64,000 nucleotides of DNA from an uncultured Actinomycetes bacterium (GCA_963718385.1 CAVQZE010000007.1:42455-106454), one strand, 5' to 3'. Numbered from the stretch's first letter, positions 27,648 to 36,906 are shown. Notes: generated from the letters alone by a model not told the origin. Translations and numbers: made by a program.

Positions 27648-28454
27648 TCATCGCACCAGCGTCAGCGCGGCCTCGCGCGCGAGTCGCGCCCGCGACGGCT
27701 TCGGTCGCTGCGTGAAGACATCCCAGTTCGCCGACTCGAGCGCGTCGAGCGCCGCGAGCCCGCCGCGGCCGAACAGCCCGACGGCGCGGCCGAGCCGCCC
27801 GCCGATCCGGGCGCGCAGCAGCTCACCCGCCGCGAGCAGCCCGGCCGCCCGCGCTGCCTCGAACCGCAGCAGCGCACGCAGCTCGTCGCTCGGCCGGTCG
27901 AGGAGCGGATCGCCGAACCGCCGCCGGTCGTCGGCCGGCAGATACACGCGCCCGAGCTCGAGGTCGCGCGGCACGTCCTGGAGAAAGTTCACGAGCTGGA
28001 GCCCCGTGCACACGGAGTCGCTCGCGTCGACGAGCTCCGGGTCGTCGAGCCGGCGCAGCACGCCGAGCACCATCCGCCCGCACGGATCCGCCGAATGCAC
28101 GCAGTAGCCCTTCAGGTCGTCCCACGTCGCATACTCGCTGATCCGCTGATCCATCCGGTTCGCCTCGATCAACCGCTCGAACGGCTCGCGCGGAAGGTCG
28201 AACTCGCGCACCGTCGGCTGCACGTTCACGAGCACCGGCCAGGTCGGCTCGCCCTCGAACGTCAGCGCAACTTCCTGCTCGAGCTCGTCGAGCGCGGCGA
28301 GCCGGTCGCCGTCGTATGCGTCGCCCAGCTCGTCGACGAGCCGCGCGTAGCAGTAGAGCGCGCGCACGTGCGGACGCAGCGAACGCGGAAACAAAAGCGA
28401 CCCGACCGGAAAGTTCTCCCCGGCCGCCCGCGCGGCTACCTCGGCGACCTCCAT
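27648..28454 (-). CDS. hpnC: hydroxysqualene synthase HpnC (squalene/phytoene synthase family)
   Basis: ALYCYARLVDELGD and LQLVNFLQDVPRDLELGRVYLP motifs. The preferred start is MEVAEVAARAAGENFPV at 28454; the track ORF extends to 28529. Confidence 0.88.
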   Translation of the reverse strand: MEVAEVAARAAGENFPVGSLLFPRSLRPHVRALYCYARLVDELGDAYDGDRLAALDELEQEVALTFEGEPTWPVLVNVQPTVREFDLPREPFERLIEANRMDQRISEYATWDDLKGYCVHSADPCGRMVLGVLRRLDDPELVDASDSVCTGLQLVNFLQDVPRDLELGRVYLPADDRRRFGDPLLDRPSDELRALLRFEAARAAGLLAAGELLRARIGGRLGRAVGLFGRGGLAALDALESANWDVFTQRPKPSRARLAREAALTLVR

Positions 28455-28513
28455 TCCGAAAGCATCCCGGCCGGAGACGCCCCGCGTCAAAACTGACCTG
28501 TAGCGTGCCGCCC

Positions 28514-29756
28514 ATGGATCCCGACGCACTGCTCGAGCCCAAGGAGCTGAAACGGTACGCCGACGCGATCGTCAAGGGCGGCCTCTCGCTCCGTCCAGGG
28601 GACACGCTCGTGGTCCGTTGCGAGCACGCGCACCGCGACCTCATGGTCGCCGTCACGGAAGCCGCCTATCGCGCCGGAGCCGAAGCGGTCGAGCCGCTCG
28701 TCGCCGACCCGCGGATGACCCGCGCACGGTTGAAGTACGCGCGCGACGACGCGCTCGGCGCGATCACGCCCTGGGCGGCGCGCCGTCTGCGCGAGATGAC
28801 GACGCCCACCGTGGCACAGCTCGCGATCGCCGGCGTCGCCGATCCCGACTATCTCGACGGGATCCCCGCCGCGCGGATCCGCACCGACCTCGTGCGCGCG
28901 TCGAAGCACGGTCGCGCGTACCAGCGCGCCGCGCTCGAGATGCGCGCCCGCTGGACGATCGCCGGGTGGCCGACCGACCACTGGGCGGGCCTCGTCTATC
29001 CCGAGCTGCTCGACACTCGACGCCAAGCGCCGCCTCGCGCGCGACCTGCTCTGGTTTTGCCGGCTTACCGACGACGACGGACGCGGCGCGACCGGGTGGC
29101 TGAAGCACGCGCGCGCGATCGCACGGCGCTCCGCGAAGCTGTCCAAGCTCGACCTTGAGCGGCTGGAGCTGCGCGGCCCCGGCACCGAGCTCGACCTCCG
29201 TATCGCGCCGGCGACGCGCTGGATGGGCGGCATCGTCTCGACGCCGGGCGGTCTCCCGTTGACGCCGAACATGCCGACTGAGGAGACGTTCACGAGCCCG
29301 CACGCCGCCGGCTCGGAAGGGACGTTCACCTGCACGTTCCCGCTCTCGTTCCAGGGCAGGATGATCAACGGCCTCCGCGGCGAGCTCCGCGGCGGCAAGC
29401 TCGTCCGCCTCGACGCCGACCGCCCGGCCGATCGCGACTACGTCGCGGCGTATCTCGACAGCGACGCGACCGGCCACGGCCGCCGCCTCGGCGAGATCGC
29501 GCTCGTCGACGCAACGTCGCGCATCGGTCTGAGCGGGAGGACGTACTTCAACACGCTCCTCGACGAGAACGCGTCGACGCACATCGCGTTCGGCCAGGGC
29601 TTCAGCGGCGCGCGGGCGGAGAAGCCGGCGCGCGGCGTCAACCAGTCGATGGTGCACCTCGACCTGATGATCGGCGGCCCGGACCTCGAGGTCACCGGGG
29701 TCACCGCGAAAGGCCGCCGCCTGCCGTTGATCGCCGACGGGCTCTGGCAGATCTAG
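28514..29756 (+). pseudogene. M29-family aminopeptidase (AmpS/PepS-like), one +1 break near 29010
   Basis: N-half from MDPDALLEPKELKRYADAIVKGGLSL in ORF 28316..29158. C-half ...LDAKRRLARDLLWFCR...TEETFTSPHAAGSEGTF...NASTHIAFGQGF...VHLDLMIG in the frame of ORF 29223..29756. Confidence 0.85.
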
Positions 29757-30221
29757 CTAGCGCACCAGCTCGGCGAGCACGGCGCCGAGCAGCGGGATCA
29801 CGAGCGTCAGCGCGAAGTTCGCGCGCCCGAGCAGCTTCAGCCGCGTCCGCAGCGTCTGCGGCTTCCCGTCGCGGATCTGTTCCGCCAGCCCGGGGCCGAG
29901 CACGTAGTCGTGGAGATACGCGCCGGCGACAAGCAGCCCGACGAGCGCGCCCTTCACCGCCAGCACCCAGTCGAACCCGCGCGACATCGTGTCGAACGCA
30001 CCGTCGCGCGAGGCGAGCGCCGCGCCCGTTGCGATCGCAACCCCGAGCGAGCTCCAGCCGATCGGCCGCCAGCGCTTTCCGAACGCGCGCAGCGTCTTCG
30101 CGCGCGCCTCGCCTTCCAACCTCTGCACCGGTGGCACAGCGACGATCACGAGCGCAACGGTTCCGCCGACCCAGACGATCGCCGCGAAGAGATGGACGAT
30201 TCGGAGGATCGAGTCGACTAT
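29757..30221 (-). CDS. small 4-TM membrane protein (CopD-domain-like N-terminus), start unresolved
   Basis: The credible reading starts at IVDSILRIVHLFAAIVWVGGTVALVIV, directly after the upstream TAG (30218-30220). No ATG/GTG/TTG is available there (the codon is ATA). The rest of the 248-aa track ORF upstream is Arg-rich shadow. Confidence 0.5.
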   Translation of the reverse strand: MVDSILRIVHLFAAIVWVGGTVALVIVAVPPVQRLEGEARAKTLRAFGKRWRPIGWSSLGVAIATGAALASRDGAFDTMSRGFDWVLAVKGALVGLLVAGAYLHDYVLGPGLAEQIRDGKPQTLRTRLKLLGRANFALTLVIPLLGAVLAELVR

Positions 30222-31861
30222 TCGGTCGAAGCCTCGTTCGCGACCGGCTGCGGGATGAACGGCACGCGTCTCAACACGGGCTGCAGCAGCGGCGAGTACG
30301 ACGGCACGAACCGCGCGACCGCGGCCGCGCACGCGATGCCGCCGGAGAGAACGTACGCAGCCGAGTCGTTGACGAGCAGCGACGTGACGACCGCGACGCC
30401 AACCGCGAACACGAGGTCGCGGCCGGGATGCGGACGCGCAACACGAATCGCGATCACCATCGTGACGACAAACGAGATCGCTATCGGCAGCACGAGCGTC
30501 CACGCATGGAACGCCGGCGCGTACGACAGCGGGATGCGGTTCACCGCCACCGACCAGAGGCCGCCGAGCCCATGGCCGAACGCGCTGCGCAGATGGTTCG
30601 GACCGGGAACGCGAAGATCCATCCAGACGATCCCGAGCACGGTCGTCGCGGAGACGAGCAGCAGCGTGACGAACCCGCGCAGCCCGACACGCAGCAGCCG
30701 CGCGCCGAGGAACGCGATCGCGACGCCGAGCACGATCGCGCCGCCGCCGTCGGAACCGAACTTGTTGCCGGTGACGATGACAAGCCCGAGCATCGCGAAC
30801 GCCGCGAAGCCCGCGTTACCGAACAGCCGTCGCGAGAGTGTCGCGCCGAGCAGGAACGGTGCGAGCAGCAGCGTCTCGAGCTGATTCCCGATCCCCCAGA
30901 ACCGCGAGTTCTGCGTCGGTCCAAGCGGACTGATCGCCACCCACTCCGGCCGTCGCGCGAGCACCAGCAAATACAGCAACAGGACGCCGACAAACAACCC
31001 GAGCAGCCGCAAGTCGTCTCGACAGACTCGCGCGAGCCACAGAGCTCCCAGGAACGTGCCGAGCGAGAGCACGGCCATGATCGCGATCTCATTCGACACC
31101 TGAGAGATGCCGAGCGCCAGGCTCGTGACGAGCGCCGCCGGAATCGCTGTGACCGCGGCGCGCGAGCGAAGCAGCAGGAAGAAGAGCGCGAAGCCGGCGA
31201 CCACGAGCAGCGCGGCGAACTTCAGCCGGTTGTTCGCGTGGATCTGAGCGTTGAGGCTCGTGAGCGACGCGGTCGGGTTCGTGGTCAGCTCGGAGCCGAG
31301 CGCGCCGCGGCCGCGGCCGAGCGCGGTCGGCGCGATGTCGACGATCGATGCGAGCCCGGGAATCCGCGTCGTCGGCGACGTGATCACGCCGTGATAGCCG
31401 CGGCCGACGATCGCGATCCGATAGCGGCGGTCGTTCGCGGCCGGCCTCCCCTTCGGCGGCAACTCGACGACGATGTAGCAGCAGCCGGTCGGATATCCCG
31501 TCGCGGCCGTCGCGGTGATCAGCCTCGGCCCGGTCGGAACGCCGCCGAGCCGCGCGTTGACCTCCGAGCCGCGCAGCATCTCCGCGAGCGCCTGTCGACG
31601 GTTCGTCGACGGCCCGACGCCGGGCACGATCAGGCCGACCGCGCCCTTGTGAGCGAGGTAGTGGAACTGGCTCGACGTGAGGTGATCGAACACGAGCACC
31701 CGGAACGGCGGCTGACTCGGCACGGTCCGCGCTCCCGCCGGCGCGACCGCGACGAGCGCGGCGAGCACCACGAAGGGAATGACGAAACGCACCCGGAGCA
31801 TCGTGCTCCGCGATTCTTTCCGATCCGAGGCTCTGCGTGAAGGCCGCACCGTCGACCCCAC
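30218..31861 (-). CDS. large polytopic membrane protein with N-terminal exported domain (hypothetical)
   Basis: Intact 547-aa ORF. The likely start is ATG 31801 (MLRVRFVIPFVVLAALVAVAPAGA signal-like, GGAG upstream). About 200 aa of soluble domain is followed by about 10 TM spans. Family not recognised. Confidence 0.6.
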   Translation of the reverse strand: MGSTVRPSRRASDRKESRSTMLRVRFVIPFVVLAALVAVAPAGARTVPSQPPFRVLVFDHLTSSQFHYLAHKGAVGLIVPGVGPSTNRRQALAEMLRGSEVNARLGGVPTGPRLITATAATGYPTGCCYIVVELPPKGRPAANDRRYRIAIVGRGYHGVITSPTTRIPGLASIVDIAPTALGRGRGALGSELTTNPTASLTSLNAQIHANNRLKFAALLVVAGFALFFLLLRSRAAVTAIPAALVTSLALGISQVSNEIAIMAVLSLGTFLGALWLARVCRDDLRLLGLFVGVLLLYLLVLARRPEWVAISPLGPTQNSRFWGIGNQLETLLLAPFLLGATLSRRLFGNAGFAAFAMLGLVIVTGNKFGSDGGGAIVLGVAIAFLGARLLRVGLRGFVTLLLVSATTVLGIVWMDLRVPGPNHLRSAFGHGLGGLWSVAVNRIPLSYAPAFHAWTLVLPIAISFVVTMVIAIRVARPHPGRDLVFAVGVAVVTSLLVNDSAAYVLSGGIACAAAVARFVPSYSPLLQPVLRRVPFIPQPVANEASTE

Positions 31862-31869
31862 GATAAGGA

Positions 31870-32891
31870 CCCGCGCCGAGACTCAGCGCGATGACCGCAC
31901 CGACGATCGTGAGCGGGACGAGCAGCAGCCCGAGCCGCGAGTACGTCGCGACCGATGTGCGGGCTCCGACCGACCGCGCCGCCTGCCACCAGAGGAAGGC
32001 CGAGAGCGAGCCGGTGACGGCGAGGTCGGGCCCGAGATCGAGCCCGACGAGCAGCGCGCGGAGATGCGGCGGCGGCTGGGCGGAGAAGACGACGGCCGCG
32101 GGAAGGTTGTTGACGACGACGGAGCCGACCGCGCCGATCGCCGCGGTCTCCCACCGGCCGCTCCCAGCGAGAAGGCGCGCCGGTCCTCCCCACGCGCCGG
32201 CCAGAGCGCCGAGAGCCGCGGCGAGGACGAAGAGCAGCGTCAGCACGCGCAGGTCGAGCCGCGGGCGGATCCGCCGAAGAGCCGTCGCCGCGAGCCCGAC
32301 GGCGAGCACCGGCAGCGCGGCATTCCGCAGCACGAGGACGAGCGCTGCCGCAGCGGCGACCGACGCGACGCCGAGCCCGAGGACGAACGGCGGCGGGTCG
32401 CCCCCGGCGGGCCGTCCCTCGCCAAGGCGGTACACGGCCACGAGCACGGCGGCGGTGATCGTGCAGGCCGCGAGCCACGCGGGGAGCATCTGAAGACCGA
32501 ACGCGGCGCCGTCGACCGGCTCCCGCCGCAGCACGAGCAGGTTCGTCAGGTTCGACCCGGGCAGCAGGAGCGAGGCGGCGTTGGCCATGAAGACGGAGCC
32601 GTAGAGGAACGGCCGCTCGTCGAGCCCACGCCGCCGCGCGGCGAGGACGAGGACCGGTGTCAAGAAGACGACCGACGTATCGAGGTTGAGCACGGCCGTG
32701 ACGACCGCGACGAGTCCGAGCAGCGCGACGAGGAGCCCCCGGGGCGGGAGTGGCGCGCGCGCGAGCCGTGCGCCGACCGCCTCGAAGAGCCCGTCGCCGG
32801 CCGCGACGGCGCCGATCAGGAGCAGCCCCGCGACGAGCACAAACGGTGGCCAGACGTCTCCGGCTGCGGCTAGCATCCGATGGAGAAGCAT
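31870..32891 (-). CDS. ArsB/NhaD-superfamily (citrate-transporter-like) permease; 3' end unresolved
   Basis: The first about 340 aa of ORF 31089..32891 are convincingly polytopic (LNLDTSVVFLTPV, LLLPGSNLTNLLVL, VVNNLPAAVV motifs). After ..TIVGAVIALSLGAGP the ORF has no stop for about 780 nt and turns Arg-rich while overlapping the next gene. A lost stop or a local indel is likely (an out-of-frame TGA sits at 31884-31886). Confidence 0.7.
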
Positions 32892-32921
32892 GGTTAATAG
32901 TAAAGCAGACTTAACTTACTG

Positions 32922-33431
32922 ATGGCCAAGCACCGGCGGCATCCGGACGCGCGCGCGGCGGCGGAGGGGCTCGCGCGAACCGCGCCGCTCGTCAGCCGCT
33001 GGATCGAGCGCCTGCTCGCCGCCCATGCGCCGCCGCTGACCGTCGCGCAGTTCCTCGTCCTCCAGTCCGTCGGCGACGGCGAGGTCGTCGGCTCGGAACT
33101 GGCGCGGCGCGCCGCCGTGTCGCCGGCCGCCGTGTCACAGCTGCTCGCGACGCTGGAGTCCGCCGGCCTCGTCGAGCGCACGCGAGGCACCGACGACCGC
33201 CGGCGTCAGCCGCTGACCTTGACCCCGATCGGCGAGACGACCCTCCGGTCGGCACGCGCCCTGCTCCACGACCGTCTGGGCGAGCTCCTCGCCGACATGC
33301 CGCCGCCGGAGATTGACGCACTCGGACGGCTGCTCACGCGACTCGAAGCGTCACTGACCGGCACGGCCCCGCCGCCGCGCCCGCACCGGCCGCCGCCTCC
33401 GCACCACCGGCCGCCGCCGCACCGACGCTAG
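32922..33431 (+). CDS. MarR-family transcriptional regulator with Pro/His-rich C-terminal tail
   Basis: wHTH region VVGSELARRAAVSPAAVSQLLATLESAGLVERTRGTDDRRRQPLTLT. Tail APPPRPHRPPPPHHRPPPHRR. Divergent from the permease across a 30-bp AT-rich spacer. Confidence 0.85.
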   Translation: MAKHRRHPDARAAAEGLARTAPLVSRWIERLLAAHAPPLTVAQFLVLQSVGDGEVVGSELARRAAVSPAAVSQLLATLESAGLVERTRGTDDRRRQPLTLTPIGETTLRSARALLHDRLGELLADMPPPEIDALGRLLTRLEASLTGTAPPPRPHRPPPPHHRPPPHRR

Positions 33432-33433
33432 AT

Positions 33434-34004
33434 CTACGGCCGGTAGCGCAGGCCGTCGAGCGCGAGCTGGAGCATCCGCTCTTTCTGCTCGGGATCCGTC
33501 GTCGCCACCACGGCGATGCCGCTGACCATCCGCGCGACGTCCATGAACTCCGCATCCGCGCGAACGACGCCGGCCTCCTGGGCGCGTTCGAGGAGCGCCG
33601 TCCCGGCCGACAGGATCGCGGTGCGGCACGTGAACATGACGTCGGATTCCGGCCCCTCCGCGATCAGCGCCTCGGTCAGCGCCCGCTTCGTGGCCGCGAA
33701 GCCGACGTACCGATGCAGCCATTGCGAGAGCGCGTCCCACGGCGGGAGTCCCGATAGCTCATTGGCGGCCTGGGCGATCGCTTCGACCTCGTCGACGTAG
33801 ACGGCCTCGAGCAGCGCCTGCCGCGTCGGGAAATGCCGGTAGAGCGTTCCGATCCCGACCCCGGCCCGCTCGGGCGATCTCCTCGAGCGGCGCCGAGGTT
33901 CCGTCCGCGGTGAAGACATCGCGCGCCGCGGTCACGAGCGCCTCGTAGTTCCGGCGCGCGTCGGCGCGCTTCGGCCGCTGCAGCTGGATCTCGGTCTCGC
34001 TCAT
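33434..34004 (-). pseudogene. TetR/AcrR-family transcriptional regulator, one +1 break near 33865
   Basis: MSETEIQLQRPKRADARRNYEALVTAARDVFTADGTSAPLEEIAR in ORF 33759..34037. The HTH continuation AGVGIGTLYRHFPTRQALLEAVY... is in ORF 33434..33919. Confidence 0.85.
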
Positions 34005-34030
34005 TGCATCACCTTCTTTTCCAACCTCGT

Positions 34031-34098
34031 TTGACAAGCGGAGGGTTCCTCCGTATATTAGCGGAGGTCGCCTCCGGATGTTATGGAGGTGGCCTCCA
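34031..34098 (+). promoter_or_regulatory. Sigma-70-type promoter TTGACA-17 nt-TATATT with three (C/T)GGAGG-N3-CCTCC(G/A) palindromes; probable TetR operators for the MFS gene
   Basis: TTGACA at 34031-34036 and TATATT at 34054-34059. Palindromes CGGAGGGTTCCTCCG (34039-34053, inside the spacer), CGGAGGTCGCCTCCG (34062-34076, at the predicted TSS) and TGGAGGTGGCCTCCA (34084-34098). Spacings are 23 and 22 bp. Confidence 0.55.
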
Positions 34099-34136
34099 CT
34101 TTACAGCAACGACCGCCCGAAGGAGGCCTGCTCCGC

Positions 34137-35585
34137 ATGCCTGCAGCTCGCCGTGCTCCCACCGCTCTGCTCGCGATCATCCTCTCGAGCTACCTGATGA
34201 TCGTGCTCGACATCTCGATCGTCATCACCGCCCTCCCGCAGATCCACGAGGCGCTGGGCTTCTCCGCCACCGGGCTCTCATGGGTCCAGAGCGCCTACAC
34301 GCTCGCGTTCGGCGGCTTCCTGCTGCTCGGCGCGCGCGCCGGCGACATCCTCGGCCGCCGCCGGATGTTCATGATCGGGATCGCGGTCTTCACCGGCGCG
34401 TCGCTCGCGGCCGGCCTCGCGCAGTCCTCCGGCTGGCTGCTCGCAGCGCGGGCGGTGCAGGGCCTCGGCGCAGCAATGGCCGCACCCTCGACGCTCGCGC
34501 TCCTGACGACGAGCTTCCCCGAGGGCCGGAGCGGACGCGCGCGGTCGCCTATTACGGCGCCGTGGCCGGCGGCGGCGGCAGCGTCGGCCTCGTGCTCGGC
34601 GGCATCCTCACCGAGCTGGCTCTCGTGGCGCTGGGGGCTCTTTATCAACGTCCCGATCGGAATCGCCGTGATCCTGGCCGCACCGCGGTACCTGCCGGAG
34701 ACGGAGCGGCGTCCCGGCCACTTCGACCTCGCCGGCGCCGCGACCTCGACGCTCGGCATGACCGCGCTCGTCTACGGGATCGTCCGCTCGGCGAGCCGAC
34801 GGGCTGGGCCGACCGCGATCACCGTCGCGTCGATCGTCGCCGGGCTCGGCTCTGCTCGCGACGTTCATCGTCAACGAGCGGCGCGCCGAGCAGCCGATCA
34901 CGCCGCTCCGGCTGTTCGCGAGCCGCGTGCGCTCCGGCGCCCTCGTCGCGCGGCTCCTGTTCGTCGGCGCGATGTTCGGCATGTTCTTCTTCCTGACCCA
35001 GTTCCTGCAGGGCGTCCGCGGCTTCAGCCCGATCGAGGCGGGCGTCGCGTTCCTGCCGATGACTCTCGTGATGTTCGCGATGGTGTTCGTCGTGCCGCGG
35101 CTCACAGCGCGCTTCGGCTACGCCCGCCTGCTCGCGGGCGGCGTGACGCTCGCGCTCGCCGGAATGGCGTGGCTGAGCCAGATCTCGGTCTCGACGCCGT
35201 ACCTGACCGGGATCGCACTGCCGATGGTCGTTCTCGGCCTGGGCGCGGGCGCTGTCGCTCGCGCCGCTCACCGCCGTCGGCATCGCAGGCGTGGCAGCGG
35301 AGGACGCCGGGGCCGCGTCCGGCCTCGTCAACGTCGCCCAGCAGCTGGGCGGATCGCTCGGGCTCGGGATCCTCGTCACCGTCTTCGCCGCGGTGAATCC
35401 GAGTGCCGGTCGGGGGTGGCGCCGCGCTCACGGAGCGGATCGCAGCCTCGCTCACGGTCGGCGCGGTCATGCTCGCCGGAGCGCTCGTCGTCGTCCTCGT
35501 CCTGATCGTGCGGCCGCGGAGGGCGCCGGCGACGGTCGTGCAGCTCGCTCAGCCCTCCACCGAGGCAGTCGACGAGGCCGCCTGA
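34137..35585 (+). pseudogene. DHA2 (EmrB/QacA-type, 14-TM) MFS drug efflux transporter, about 7 frame breaks
   Basis: Start ATG 34137 (GAAGGAGG upstream). MFS motifs GARAGDILGRRRMF and FINVPIG. The contiguous family-like reading jumps among ORFs 34083..35396, 34004..34996, 34927..35505, 35291..35707 and 35403..35585. Divergent from the TetR gene. Confidence 0.85.
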
Positions 35586-35589
35586 GAGA

Positions 35590-35662
35590 AGCCGACGCGC
35601 GGATTCGAACCGCGGACCCCATCATTACGAGTGATGTGCTCTACCAGCTGAGCTACGTCGGC
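35590..35662 (-). tRNA. tRNA-Thr (anticodon CGU)
   Basis: Manual cloverleaf: acceptor GCCGACG/CGTCGGC, D-stem GCTC/GAGC, anticodon stem CATCA/TGATG with loop CTCGTAA, T-stem CGCGG/CCGCG with loop TTCGAAT. 73 nt, CCA not encoded. Confidence 0.95.
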
Positions 35663-35715
35663 AGCCCCCGGAGTGTAGCCGCGTCCCGGGACATTTTCTC
35701 TGTGTAAAAGGTTGT

Positions 35716-36906
35716 TTGGGAATCGCAAATTTGCGATATCTGGGAATGGACTTACGGAGGATCCCGTTCTATAAGACAGTAAGAGCAAACCGGGACGTCG
35801 CGAGACATCTCGCGCGCCGGAGGCCTCGGAGGCCACCGCCGGGTGGCCCGACACGAAGGAAAGGGATTCCACTGAACGCGACTATTCACCTGCACGACCT
35901 GACCCCTGCCGATCGCCTCGTCGAGGAGGCCGCTGAGCGCGGTTTCGTCGAGGAGAAGGAGATCGAGGCGCTGGCGGACGAGCACGAGCTCGCCGACGAC
36001 GAGGTGGCTGCGCTCCGCGCCGCGCTCGAGGAGCGCGACGTGACCGTGCGCGCCACTGTCTTCACCGCTGAGGCCGGCCCGGCCCCGTCGGGCACGCTTG
36101 ACCCGCTTCAGCTCTTCATGGACGCCGCAGGCAAGCACAAGCTGCTCACGGCGGCCGAGGAGGTCGCGCTCGCGAAGCGCATCGAGCGCGGCGACGCTGC
36201 GGCGAAGGAGCGGATGATCAATTCGAACCTGCGCCTGGTCGTCTCGATCGCGAAGCGCTACCAGGGCCACGACGTCCCGCTGCTCGACCTGATCCAGGAG
36301 GGCGTCATCGGCCTCAACCGCGCCGCGGAGAAGTTCGACCACCGCAAGGGCTTCAAGTTCTCGACCTACGCGACCTGGTGGATCCGTCAGGCCTGCCAGC
36401 GCGCGGTCGCGAACCAGTCGAAGACGATCCGGATCCCGGTGCACGTCCAGGAGCGGCGGATCAAGCTGAACCGCGCGTCGGCGGAGCTTCAGGCGAAGCT
36501 CGGCCGCGAGGCCACCGTCGACGAGCTCGCGCAGGCGACCCGCCTGAAGAAGGAGCACGTCGAGGAGGCGCTCGACGCGGTCGACTCGATCTCGCTCAAC
36601 ATGGGCCTCGGCTCCGACAGCGACTCCGAGCTCGGCGACCTGTTCGCCGACGAGACCTCGGTCGATCCCGCCGAGGAGGCAGTCGAGTCGGTCCAGCGGC
36701 AGCGGGTGCAGGAGGCGATCGCCGACCTGCCCGAGCGGCAGCGCCGGATCATCGAGCTCCGCTTCGGCTTCCACGGCGAGTCGGCTTCGCTCGAGACGAT
36801 CGGCAAGGAGCTCGGCCTGACGCGGGAGCGCGTCCGCCAGCTCGAGAGCGACGCCCTCGCGCGGCTCGAGCTCGCGCTCGGCGACGATCTCGCCAGCGCC
36901 GCGTAG
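35716..36906 (+). CDS. RNA polymerase principal/principal-like sigma factor (RpoD/HrdB type)
   Basis: Regions 1.2-4 are clear: [80 protein letters not shown]. The start is uncertain. The AT-rich 5' part of the ORF looks non-coding. An in-frame CTG at 35872 sits 6 nt after GGAAAGGG, and an ATG lies at 35746. Confidence 0.9.
   Translation: MGIANLRYLGMDLRRIPFYKTVRANRDVARHLARRRPRRPPPGGPTRRKGIPLNATIHLHDLTPADRLVEEAAERGFVEEKEIEALADEHELADDEVAALRAALEERDVTVRATVFTAEAGPAPSGTLDPLQLFMDAAGKHKLLTAAEEVALAKRIERGDAAAKERMINSNLRLVVSIAKRYQGHDVPLLDLIQEGVIGLNRAAEKFDHRKGFKFSTYATWWIRQACQRAVANQSKTIRIPVHVQERRIKLNRASAELQAKLGREATVDELAQATRLKKEHVEEALDAVDSISLNMGLGSDSDSELGDLFADETSVDPAEEAVESVQRQRVQEAIADLPERQRRIIELRFGFHGESASLETIGKELGLTRERVRQLESDALARLELALGDDLASAA
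35722..35737. promoter_or_regulatory. Perfect 16-bp palindrome ATCGCAAATTTGCGAT in the AT-rich leader/promoter region of the principal sigma factor gene
   Basis: Read directly from the sequence. It is followed by further inverted repeats at 35799-35814 (CGCGAGA-CA-TCTCGCG), 35822-35834 and 35831-35848. Confidence 0.3.

Noticed and set aside
31089-31870. C-terminal about 260 aa of the 600-aa permease ORF as a real soluble domain
   Set aside because: The sequence is uniformly Arg-rich. It overlaps the well-supported 547-aa membrane-protein gene in another frame, and it follows directly after the last TM helix. A lost stop codon explains it better.
35586-35720. Genomic-island integration site at tRNA-Thr
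   Set aside because: There is no integrase, no direct repeat of the tRNA 3' end and no compositional island nearby. The flanking genes are a core sigma factor and an MFS pump.
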